Under the pieces are notes generated by a model. It saw only the letters and a list, made by a program, of their open reading frames with translations, searched no databases and was not told the DNA's origin. Positions 47,652 to 59,830 of a stretch of DNA of 64,000 nt are shown here, one piece after another. This DNA is from Paragordius varius (taxonomy: Eukaryota > Animalia > Nematomorpha): assembly GCA_964247055.1 (NCBI GenBank), contig OZ176050.1, positions 12,090,001-12,154,000 of the forward strand, in the 5' to 3' direction. Positions within the stretch are counted from its first letter, which is position 1; every line of letters starts with the position of its first letter. The position numbers were made by a program, and so were the translations under genes.

Positions 47652-49199
47652 ATGGCGGCTCTGACAAGTGTTGTAGTGTGGAACTCAACGCTTAATTATT
47701 CATTGGCTCAAGCTTTAAATCCCAATATGACATATATGGCGTGGCATGATAGGCACACCAAAATTATGTTTATTGAAAATGCCTTGCACGTAAGTTGTCC
47801 CGTATTCGATGAAAGTATTGAACGAATTCTATACATATTTTATGTCGGAGTAATTTCATGTCTATTGATTCTCGGGATTTTTGGAAACTTTTTTAGTTTC
47901 ATCATTTTCTCTGAGCTATCACATAAGGGTAACATTGGAATCTACTACCTCAAAGTGGCATCCGTATGGGACCTGATAGTCAGTTTTATGTTAATAAAAT
48001 TCCCTGTTGTTTACATGGCTCGACGGTATGATTTACCATTCACCTATGACTTTTGGCATGTGCAATTTCGAGCAAACGCTTTTATTGTACTCATCAATAC
48101 TTTCATGAGGTCTTCGGCTCTCATGGTTTTACTTATATCGATTGAACGATATTTATTTATTTATCGAATAACCATATACCGGAGAGTATTTACGGCCCGA
48201 TTATACAAATGGTATCCATTTTTTTGTTTCCTATTGGTTTTGGCCTTAACGGCACCCTATACGTATTGGAATGTTGTGTTGTATTGCTATGACCTACGTG
48301 TGAAACATTTCATTTTTGCCAAAGGTAAATTAATCAGTAATCAAGTCACATTTTATACGTATCAAATCGTGCGAGAATTTATATTATCCGTCATCCCTAT
48401 AACCTTAATCCTGTACATGAATTATAATTTGGTATCAGCCTTCAAAAAATATTATTTTACCCATATGGGAGCTGATGATCCCACTTTACCAGAAGGGGGA
48501 GGGGGGCGCGGAGAAACTCAATCTCGAAATGATCGAAAAACGTTATCATCTAATCACAAATCTAGTCAAGAACGTTCGCCAGGCATGTTAAGCAATAAAT
48601 CGCCTGCATATAAAATGACTCCACCAGCTAGGAAATCGTTAGTTCAAAACATAGCCAGACGATTATCAGCAAAGAGGTCTTTAAATCCATCTGTAAGGAA
48701 TCAATTAAATGCCGAGCCAAATAATGTGACCACCAATACTATCCCAGGATCAAATCCAAATAAATTTAGTCTCGCTGGTCAAAACCAAATATTACCAGAA
48801 TCTACTGTTCGATTTAATAGTAACACGACTCAACTTAGCCCTATTGATGATAAAAGTATGCGCTCTCAACAATCTATGACCTCCAAAATGAGTACCATGC
48901 CTTCGCTAATCTCATTTAAACCGGGCCGAAGAATTCTTATACTATTGTTTGCATCTGTCGTATCCTACGTGATTTTCGTGTCCCCAATAAGTATTCTCGT
49001 CATATTTTATCCGCTTTGGATCCAAAAATGTCCAGGCGAACCATGTGAATATTCCAAATTAGTGTATGTATTTAACACTTTGGAAACGTGTCACTACACC
49101 CTAAACTTTTACCTTTACGTCCTAGCGGATCCAAAATTCCGTGAACTATTTGTTGAATTGATAAAATGTAATTATTGGGATTTTGATATCGACGAATAA
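47652..49199 (+). CDS. Intronless class A (rhodopsin-like) GPCR of the FMRFamide/peptide-receptor-like type, 515 aa
   Basis: Seven hydrophobic segments; GIFGN in TM1, SIERY (DRY equivalent), NFYLY (NPxxY equivalent) followed by KFRELF helix 8; long third intracellular loop. Confidence 0.92.
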   Translation: MAALTSVVVWNSTLNYSLAQALNPNMTYMAWHDRHTKIMFIENALHVSCPVFDESIERILYIFYVGVISCLLILGIFGNFFSFIIFSELSHKGNIGIYYLKVASVWDLIVSFMLIKFPVVYMARRYDLPFTYDFWHVQFRANAFIVLINTFMRSSALMVLLISIERYLFIYRITIYRRVFTARLYKWYPFFCFLLVLALTAPYTYWNVVLYCYDLRVKHFIFAKGKLISNQVTFYTYQIVREFILSVIPITLILYMNYNLVSAFKKYYFTHMGADDPTLPEGGGGRGETQSRNDRKTLSSNHKSSQERSPGMLSNKSPAYKMTPPARKSLVQNIARRLSAKRSLNPSVRNQLNAEPNNVTTNTIPGSNPNKFSLAGQNQILPESTVRFNSNTTQLSPIDDKSMRSQQSMTSKMSTMPSLISFKPGRRILILLFASVVSYVIFVSPISILVIFYPLWIQKCPGEPCEYSKLVYVFNTLETCHYTLNFYLYVLADPKFRELFVELIKCNYWDFDIDE

Positions 49200-49498
49200 C
49201 CTCTATCAATTTATTTCTGCGCTGAATTTATATCAATACAAAAGAAACCTCATGGAATTAAAGTTGTGCAATAATATTATTTTGGTGTAAACCGCCTTGA
49301 TACCATTAAAATGTATATGATAATATATTTATTTTAGATATATATATGCATTGTATTTTACAATTTTAATAAATTTACATAAATGATGTTACATTAAAAT
49401 AATTTATATTAATCGGCTAAATCATTTTTGTGGGCGCTTAAACTATTTTTGAGATTGGTGACTTCCTGTTCAAACGTGGCCATGCCCTTTAAATTTGG

Positions 49499-52400
49499 TT
49501 AGTTTTCATTGTTTTGATTTTTATAATCGTTGTATATCTTTGTTTTGAGTTTTGAAGAAAAATCACCCCCAGCTAAGGGCATTAAATTGCACAATTGTTT
49601 GTTGGAATTCCCAACTGATGATAGCTTAAGACCAAATAGATCTCCTAAGGAACCAATATTGGTATTTTGAAAAGGGGGTTTTGGACTACTCTCTAAGGAT
49701 ATCAAATTTCTGTCATTGATACCAATATCCATACTCGGGCTTTGATTCTTTTGAGTATTAATGCGACACTTATGCCAAATGTTAGCTTTTTCTTTATTCA
49801 GCATTGATGTATTCTGCAAAGATGTTTCCTTGTTACAGTATTCTTGTCCGCGGAAATTTAAATTTATACCTGCATTACTATTCACAAGGCGAATAGTTTG
49901 AGGTGAAAGATTATCTTTGGTATTTGTAACGTATGATTCCGTTGACGTAAGAAGATATTCGGATTCAATTTCATTATTCGTATTGTAGTTATCGGTGGAT
50001 GAGGAATTATTTCGTATGTTTCGGTGTTTGAGCAAAGTTTCTGGCTCTTTTATATACCTAAATAGAGTTAAATAAATATATTATCTAGCTTTATGATCGG
50101 GGGAAGTAACGCAACAGTGTGGATTTAGGGGTTTATTATAATAGATAAAATGATTTGATGTCTTTCAAATATATAATCTATGAGTCAGATTTGTAGGGGT
50201 GCTTAACCGTTGACATCATTGCACAATGGTAGTTCGCCTACTTACATAAACCTTAATGTTATGACACTATCATAGCTTTTTATAACTTACACAATAATAA
50301 AAAAATTATTAATAAATGGCAACAGTATGCACATAGTGGTTAGTTAACATATAGCTGGCCAATTTAATGATACAGTATCGTATAATATAAAACAAATTTT
50401 GTCCATAATTAAATTAACAAATTTATTGTTTCATTATAGGAAAAAAATTGTAATTTCAGCCATTTGTTGTTTTTTACCCATACGCTACTATATTGTTAAC
50501 TGGCCAAAATAATGTGAATTGACCAACATTAATTTACCCGCGGTTACAGTTGGCATGTTTAAATTTATCATTGTTGGTGGTGGTACTATCACTACTGTAT
50601 AGGAAAGGGCGTTCACGCAAAATTTGAGCATGTAATCGTTCAAGCATCAAAGTTTGATCATTCGTAAGAAGCTGGATTATGTTTCGACATTTGCATTCTA
50701 TGGCTGGCAGGGAAACGGCAAAAAGTTTGGAAGAATTTTGCAGTTTACACATTATCTTTTGGGCATCTTTTGGGCTAAGGGTAGTTTTATTGCATAAATC
50801 ACCCATGTATAAGTCAAATTTTGGTATCATTCCAGCTCGATAATCAGTTACAATACTCCCATTGTAATGGTTGTAATCATAGGAAAAAAATTTTGCAGTT
50901 CGATCCGTTGTAGTATCTTCCAATGGCCTTTTTACTTTACAAACTACTGACTCTTTATACATTTTTGCACAACATATTTCACAATCAATCACATTGATGA
51001 GTTTGATATGCAATGATTGTATGAGAGACAAATGCTCGCTCTTCATGATATGGGTGAATCTCATGGAGCCATTTTTAATCTGTATTAAAATTATCTAATT
51101 AAAGGGAACAATATGTATGTATCATTTATATAAGATTGTATTTAAAATATCTAAAAAATATTCAGTTTTTCATTTGTTTTGTAAATTTTCAAACAAACAA
51201 AGTTTGTAATGAGCGTTATATTATGTTGCAATAATTTATTGTATTGCTGTCTCCTAGTTTGACACATAATAAGCTCTACAGATTTTCCGTAATTCCTCCA
51301 AAAAAACAAAGAGTCGCCCATTCAGATTAATTTTTTTGATACAAGATAGATGTTTGATATCAAATTATTTGCCTATTTTTATAAATTATAATATATCAAT
51401 AAAATATTGTTATATATTTATTAAACTCCAGTTTCGCATTTTTGTTAAAATGAGTCTAACAGACAAAAAAGCCGATATTGCGAGATAGAAATTTAATTTA
51501 TAAAATAAAAAGACTTTGAAAAGTTACGCATATTTTTGAAATCGAACTAATTAAAGTTTTATCAAATGTATTTTTTCCAGGTGTTTGGAAGTATGCTGGA
51601 AACGGTCTTTTTCCATTTGTCCGATGAAAATATCTCAAATTTTATGTCAAATTATTCGTTTCATTTAAGTTAGGTTTAAATATTAATACCATCTTTCAGA
51701 AAAGCGAGAAATTTCTTATTCTGAGGCAGGAAATGTTTAGTGGCAAAAAAGTGTTTTTAAACATTTCAAGCATATTCAAAATCTGTGAAAATATGCTATA
51801 AAATTATGCTAAATTTTTATTTTTAAGAGCCAATTTTGTCATAACAAATGTTTTTATGAAATAATCTCTAAATATTACTATGCAATCTCAGGGTTTGTTA
51901 ATTTAACTATACAGCCCATTATGATGTGTTATTAAAATGTGAGACAGGATTTTATGAAAAAATATAATTTATTACAAACATTTTCTGCCTATTTACTTCA
52001 TAATTTTTAACAAAATAATTTGTGATTTTAGCATATTGTGATCAATTTTTTATTATAACCATATAAGGTTCTAAAATAAATCGGCTAAGACACCATGAGA
52101 ATTTTTATTCATTTATTAATCAGTTTTTATATATATTTCATCATCATTGCCTAATATACGCACAATTGTCAGGTAAGATTAATAAATAATATATATAACC
52201 AATGATAATTGCTAAAATATTAACGATAAAGTATTTTTAGGTAATTAGGCATTAATTGAAATTTAATTATTTAAATAGAGAAATAATTATACTGATATTG
52301 TGTAGATCAAATATTTCCATCAAAACTCTAATATAGTTTATTAAATAAAATTATTCTAGAACTATTTGTCGAAACAATATTACAAATATACAATTTAATG

Positions 52401-53230
52401 AGTCTTTAAGAATTTTAGCTGTATCATTTCTATCATAACAGTTTACTAAAACTCATTTTTTAAGTACTTTTTAAAAAAATCGCGAAAAATTTATCTTTAA
52501 TTATAACTAAAGCTTACCTGAAAGTCAAAAGACGTGGTAGTCAATTACTCCAAATTAAAAGATTTAAAATAAATGGCCTAAACAAATTGTAAACTATTAC
52601 AGTGTGCATTTTAATGGTTGCGTATTTCATATTATAGTATGGCTATTTGCAACACATTAGTGTATGGATTGGAAAAAACAACAACATGTTGAATAAACAA
52701 TTATTTCCTTTATTTTTTCCACACACTACTGTGTTGCAAATTGCCCCACTATAATGCGAAATAAACAACCATTAAAATGCATGCTGTAAAACCGAAATTC
52801 GGTAGCTGTGACAATCTTGTGAAATTAAGTGTTAACCAATTGTATAAAAATTACATATGTGCAAGCCATTTAGAACCCCTATGTTAAAAAAATAAAATTA
52901 CCATATATTCCAATACAATGAAACTTTTGTAAATAATTCTCCACTCCAAAGCATCCAAGCACTCCATATCATCAAAACAAGTTAAACGCTCAATCAAAAT
53001 ATCCATAATTTCGTGCATATGATGTTCTCTGTATGTCTTAAGAGCCAATTGACGCATCTCTAAGCATGGTGGACCCCAGGGGTCTTCATTTGTCAATTCG
53101 CGAACCTATTTTATAGAAATCATATTATGTAAAAAAATAAAAACTGATTTGATGTACGTTTTCGTTTATAGCGACGGTTGGAAATACATTCGCGTAAGAA
53201 GCCAAGCGCTCAATATTTAATACAATTACA
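49499..53230 (-). CDS. Divergent ENTH-domain protein (epsin/epsinR-like); start codon not resolved
   Basis: Exons 53230-53158 (tentative), 53105-52902, 51079-50538, 50057-49499. Motifs VRELTNEDPWGP, WRIIYKSFIVLEYM|IKNGS and IECKCRNIIQLLTNDQTLMLER. Confidence 0.8.
52600..52786. mobile_element. Tc1/mariner-type MITE (TA|CAG...CTG|TA), ~70-bp TIRs
   Basis: cagtgtgcattttaatggttg...ttgcaacaca pairs with tgtgttgcaa...caaccattaaaatgcatgctg. Confidence 0.85.
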
Positions 53231-53900
53231 CTATTGATTGTTTTAAGAAATTTTTATTCTGATTCAATTTGAAATTGATCCAGAAATCAAAATATCTGGG
53301 TCCTAACCCCGTTTTTATTATTTTGTTAATGCTAATTTTTACGAAATTCCATACATTATTAAACAATCGCGTAGTTAACTATCTATTGATCCTAACGCAG
53401 CTGTTCTTTACATGGTTGAAACCGTTATAGAACTAATTAAAATTTCCAAAAACGATCCGAATCGGTTCTAGAAAACCGCTGTATCTAAAAGAACAAACTA
53501 TTTTCTGCTTTTTAATTTTAAAAGTTTGTTCAAGGTAAATTACCTTTTATTGTTTTTATCTATTTTATCCAAATAGTGTGTTTCAATTTTTTGGAAAGCA
53601 GCATATAAGACCTGTTTATAAAATTGGTCGAAATCAAAACCGAACCCAAAAACGCGTCTGGTTTCAATCCTTGGATTGAATGTTTCTCTGAGTTTTTATA
53701 AAATAGAAATAAATTATGTAAAATATTTTTTATTTTGAACCCATAACTGCCTGCTATAATTTTCACGGATTTTAATGCCTTGAAGTTCTTAGATTTGTCG
53801 CTTATTATTTAAATAAAAATCTTCTTAATACCTCCTATCTATTTAAAATTAAAAAAAATCTTAAATTAATTTGAATTAAACAAATTAAAATTATCCTTAA

Positions 53901-54097
53901 CCAGTTCAAATTTACCCTTGAACATTTTGATTCACCCTAAAAATAAAGTTTTGAATGCCAAAAATATCTATATTTTATATTTTTAAAAAATGAACTTTGT
54001 TGATTAACAATAGAGAAAATGAAACAAGACTATAAAAAATATATATCAATATAAAGTTTGAAGAACACATAGTTTTTAGGGTGATTTTCAAATGTTA
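53901..54097. mobile_element. MITE family A, degenerate copy
   Basis: cagttcaaatttacccttgaac...ttcaccctaaaaataaa and tttttagggtgatttt. Confidence 0.65.
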
Positions 54098-54903
54098 TAT
54101 TTAAAGTAGGGGTATCTGATGATATATCATATTAAGAAATTACCTTAATTTCAGTTTCGGAATAATCATAAATATAATTGGTTAATTTGTCTACAAGTTT
54201 CCGAATTTTCAGCATATTTTTGGAATTAGTTCTGGTAAGATAAATATTTAGATTTATACCATATAAATAAGGTTTTTCAAATAGAAATTTAATAAAATTT
54301 AAATTGTAAATAACTAACTACATTACACATTCAATTATCATTCTATTCTAAAAAAAATGCATTCTAACAAGTTTTTAAATTATAACCAGCCTTTGTATTA
54401 TAAATTTAAAATTTTCTTATGCGGTTAAATATTTTTTCTTATGGTAGTATTAGCCGTCATAACCGAATAATTTGAAAAATGGGATTTAACATTATAGTAA
54501 CTATTATAAGGAATTAATTTTTTGTTAGCAACATATATATTTATTATGTCTTTTTTTTAAAATAAATTTTAAATCCAAACAAATCAGATGATATGGTAGA
54601 ACTTTAGAAACAACCTTGATGTAATTGGGTATTGGATTGTTAAATAACAATCTCACCACACATGTAATGGAACAATAATCTAATTTAAAAGAATTTTCTG
54701 CCTGCACTGTTTTAATCTATATAGTATGAAAATGTAGGTGGCTTTAATACGATTTTCCGGAAAATTCAACAATTATATTTTTATAATATTAACGATCGAA
54801 TCAGAGATAGGCGGCCTATTTTAATTAGCTGTATTTAGTTTCTCTAAAATGACAATTGTTGCAAAAACAATTTTCACAACATTTTTTGCACAATATGAGA
54901 CAA

Positions 54904-55500
54904 TGAGCTAGCGCTTTTTTAAAATAAGCTGCTGGTAACAGTCTCACTCTCTATAAAAAGTTGATCATAAAAAATTTAAGCTTTCACTTAATTTTTACCA
55001 ATTTATGAGACCTTAAGAATTTAGCGTTTTAGATATTCACAGTTAAAAGCAAAATTATAGTCAGTGCATTTTTGCTTTAGCAGCTCGGTAGGTTTCCACC
55101 CTTTAAATACCATATAAAAGCTAGTTTGGCTCAATTTATAAAAAAACATACAATTTGAATAGGCATTTTAACAGTTTACAATTTAAAAAACCTTAGCCAG
55201 CGCTTTTTAATAGCTGGGTAGGCCCCCACCTCCTGTAAAATGCGCCACAGAGCGTTTTAACCCAAGTTATAAGTAAATCATATGAACTTGATAGGGGCAA
55301 CTATTTTCGGTATAAAAGTTTTAAAGCGTCTTATTTGCCGTTCGATAGGGTTCCACTCTTGCGCCAACTTAAATAACGTGACATTGAAGCAATTTTTTTA
55401 AAAACTAACCATAAAAATTGAATTGATTTAGATGTTTTCCATATAAAGTCAAATTTAACTTAAGCGTTTTTGACCTCTCGGGCCCATCATTTACGCCACC
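54904..55500 (+). repeat. Degenerate tandem array, ~130-160 bp period
   Basis: Recurrent core GCG/CTTTTT..AGCT.GGTAGG..CCAC at ~54905, 55065, 55195, 55322 and 55461. Confidence 0.5.
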
Positions 55501-55507
55501 ATATAAT

Positions 55508-55771
55508 CAAGGGTTTCCAACATTCGCCCTCCGAGACTTTATTTGCGGCCCGGTTTGGAAATCCAAAATTTGTAAAAATATGCTAATGAAATTTTAGTAA
55601 AATCGTTATTTCCTTAACTTTTCTAAATAAGTCTATCCAATTGGCAAGTAGAAAAATTTTTATATTGTGTTGCATTTTACAGTATTATCTTGGGAATCTA
55701 AGAAAGTATTTGTGAATCCCCATATATATTCTAAATGCGGCCCACAAAGCTATTAGTTTTGGAAACCCCTG
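55508..55771. mobile_element. hAT (Charlie-like) MITE
   Basis: TIRs caagggtttccaa / ttggaaacccctg and two internal gcggccc motifs typical of Charlie-type ends. The 8-bp TSD is only partly matching. Confidence 0.65.
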
Positions 55772-56059
55772 GTATAAATATAACGTGATCTATGTATAGT
55801 GGTTTTCAATGTTTCCCGCATAACGGCAAATTTGGTGTGTCTTTTTTAGCTACTCGTAATGGCTCTCTCTATAAAGTGATAACGAAGCTGATTTCATGCC
55901 ATTAATATCGCGAATAGTTTTATGTATCCTACATACACTGTGTACAAAATCAGTGGCTATAAAAAAATTACATGAAATATATATATTCTGATAAGAAAAT
56001 GTATCAGGGGTGTTTTTGGTTTTATGGCCCTTGTATTGAAAGGTAATAATACTTTTGTA

Positions 56060-56940
56060 AGTGCTTCATATCAGAAAATGGCAAATATTGCGGACATTTT
56101 TTGTAATAAAATTTTTTTGGCGAAAGCTAAATGCTTCATTCAAAAAATCACTAAAATATATCAAATACTACTTATAAAAGGCAAAACAATATTTTTAATG
56201 TTTAAATGCTGGCCCGAAAGCATTAAATTTTTTAGCTCAATCTAAAATTAACTGAATCGCGAAAATGCTAGGATGCGACAAAATTTTTTATATATTTGAT
56301 AAATTTTGACAGCAAAAAATATTTAAATGCATATTTTACAAAAATTCAATTTTTACGAAAATTTTATTGAAGCGTCCTTTGTTTTAGTAATGATGAAAAC
56401 GGTAAAAAACTTAAAGTTTTTCACCAAAATTTTAATTTTAAGGTTTGTTAACTTTTAAATTTAGAAAATTTTAAAAAACACAATTTATATTTGACTTAAA
56501 TTTGAAGAACCAACATTAAAATCGGATTTTGAAGATAAAAATGTCATCAAAGAACAATAAATGTGTTTTTATAATCCTTAAAAGCGTTTTATTCCGTTTT
56601 CCATCATGCCTAAAAAGATTATGACGCTCAACATTGCTATAAATTATTTTGTAGAAAGTGTGCATTTTTAAAAACCATTTTTTATGTTTAGCTTATATTA
56701 AAATTTTATCACGCCATTCCGGCATTTTGCGCTAAATTTAAAGAACTAGCCCAGTTTAGTAAAGCGAAAAAATACGGTGCTTGCCAACATCTGAAAATTA
56801 AAAAATTTTAAATATTATTTTGCTCTTAAAAATACTTTATGATATTTTTTAGTGATATTTTTTGGAATATATTTAACTTTCATCAAAAAAAATTTATTTC
56901 AAAAAATGTACTTATGCCATTTTCTGATATGGACCACTTA
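56060..56940. mobile_element. Large foldback element (family D), ~880 bp
   Basis: aagtgcttcatatcagaaaatggc pairs with gccattttctgatatggaccactt at the ends. Inner pairs include gcgaaaatgctaggatgcgac / atcacgccattccggcattttgcgc and tgatgaaaacgg / ccgttttccatca. Confidence 0.8.
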
Positions 56941-57277
56941 CCTGCGAAAGTGTAAATAAATGTCTCATATCACTCAAAAGCTCCATGATATTCCTGATAA
57001 TATAAATATTTCTATAGGCTATTTTTTCTGGACATGGTGTATATATCATTCTTTAAATATATATACATATATATTTATTCTCGATTTTTTTAGACACTTT
57101 GTATTATAATTATTAAATATTTATGTATTATAAAATATTTATTTAGGGTTTAAAATGATATTTATAAATATTTTTTGTAAATTTTTTTGTGTAATCTTTA
57201 AATAATTTCATTTCATACCGTACCTCGGTAAGTGTAAAATTTGAATTCCATTACCACACACCATTTAAAGATCTCAC

Positions 57278-59777
57278 ATGTCTGCGAATCGCTTATCAAC
57301 TAAACAACGTGCTAATTATTCTCAGACATCAAGCGCTTCATCAACACCTAGAACACGGCAAGATGCTGTAAGTCCAGCACGTATATCTCGACTGCAGGAG
57401 AAAGAAGAGTTACAACATTTGAATGACCGCTTGGCTGCATATATTGACAAAGTTCGACATTTGGAACATGAAAACGACAGGTTGTTATACCAAATTCATT
57501 CCTCCGAAGAGACTGTTAAAAAAGAAATAACCAATATTAAGGGGATATATGAAACAGAATTATCAGATGCCCGAAAGCTATTGGACGAAGTATCCAAAGA
57601 TAAAGCCAAACTTCAAATTGACATTGGGAAATACAAAGGCTTAGCCGATGATCTTAGCGTAAAGTAATATTTTTCCTTTTACATCTTTTGTTTTGTAATC
57701 AAAATATAATTACATTATTGTTTATGTTTCATGCAACTTAAACAGTTACTTTATGATTTATTATGACTCATGCTAGTTCTGCATAATCATACATACACCT
57801 ATTTTTAATATTCGTAAAAACTTCTTAATATTAAATGCTTTAATTTTAAAAAAGTAATAAAATAATATATTATCAAACTTTTTTGGCATAATTTTCTGTA
57901 TCAACCACCTTTTTTTCAAGATGATTTAGTTCGATTATAGTTTTATTGTAGTATATGAACGAAGGTATATATCATATATTGCAATCATAATTAAAACTGT
58001 ATGCCTTGTATTTTTATTGTGGTTTATATTTGTATAACCAATACCACAGTTTATTGATCTTCAAACGGATTATATAATATGCATATATCGTGTACGATAT
58101 ATGATGGAGTTTTTTCTAGTATAAGGCTAGTAAAATTGCCCTCATTAGTGGTAAATATCTAGTTTTCTTGCTGAGAATTTTTACTTTAAAACGAGATTTA
58201 TAAATATGAATATTACTTATATTTATTACGATTCCCAAACTTTTATAATGTAAATAAATTTTCAGATTCGTGTTTATTTTACAAAAATATTGTTTCACTA
58301 TTGTTTTGTCACGAATGCGAGAAAGGCCTTTAGATGTATTCATACGTACTTGTAGTTGAGTTGTTTTACCAAAAAATAAAGAATGACCTTGATAATCATA
58401 TATATCTGTTGTACGTTTATTTTAAAAGAATTTATACACAAACGCATTTAAAACTTATTGCAGGATGTCTCTTTATTGTCTTTTTATTTTTTACGACCTA
58501 AACTTTTATGTATTTGAATAAAATTTAGTCGCTTCTTTTTACCAATTCTGTTAATCAATCGATTTTTGGTTTTGCTACATTAAATAGCTATAACAAGAGG
58601 AAAAACCTCCAAATATTTTTATTTAAAATTAACTACTTTTAAAACTAGCTATAATGTATGTATGGTTATATTTTTTATGGGGTCAGAAAGTTTTTTGGTA
58701 TAATTGTTTTCTTATTAATGATTTTATTTATATTTATTAAACATTCATAATATATAATATTAGTGCTGGGTCATTATTCAGTCCCACTATAGTAATCGGT
58801 CTGACCCTTTAAATTATTGTTTTATGATCTTATAAAATACTACAAGTGCTAATATTTGTTACCAATTAAAAGTAAATGGAACCGATCGATTTGGCTTAAA
58901 TAGCGATAGAATATGTTAAGAAGGTATTATATTTTGGGTAAATTCACCTAACAGCTTGCAATTGGGAACAATATTGACAAATGTAATTTTTTTTCGATTT
59001 TAACTGCTAGTTAACAATACATATGCTCTTTGCCATCCTATCTGGCAATATTAAATAAAAAAACCAGGATTGTACATTTACTTATACTTTAATTTCCCTT
59101 TTAACAATTTACAAGGCCCATACAACTAATAATATTGTTGCTTTAACACCACCTTTTCACTTTTTTGCTCTAGTTGAAGTTGTTTTATATCCCAGACCTA
59201 AACCGGCTAAAATTACAGAAAATTTTAGTTTATTATCAATAGTTCTCATATATTAGATAAAAAAATTATATTTTTTCTAATTTTGTGACCTCAAGAGTCT
59301 TAAATTGGGAAAGCTCCAAAACACGATTGAAACGTACATCTGGATATAAAAATCAAAATTTATCAAAGTTTTGCTGATTAAATTTAGCCTGAAAGCCTTT
59401 TAAAGTTAACTAACCTTTTTCTAATCATAATATACATTTATTTGACTGCCGCATAAGCGATTTAAAAAATTTATAGAAAAAACTGGCGGCAATAAAGTTT
59501 GAGATAGGATTTTTTAACAAATTTACATTTGTCAAAAAAAATTTGTATAACGCGCCCAAAAGGCTAAAGAAATCTTATTTTTAATTTCGGCTAATACCTT
59601 AAATACTTACTTTTTATGATATTCAAATTTCAGTTAAAGGATATAAAACTGCCCCAAAAGGTAATGACCGATAAAAAGAACACGTCTACTGCCCATCATC
59701 AATACTTTTATGTTTTTCTAAACAATTAATTATATACTTTACCAAAATATAGAATATCTTGTCCAAAAAACGTTAAG

Positions 59778-59830
<53 letters not shown>

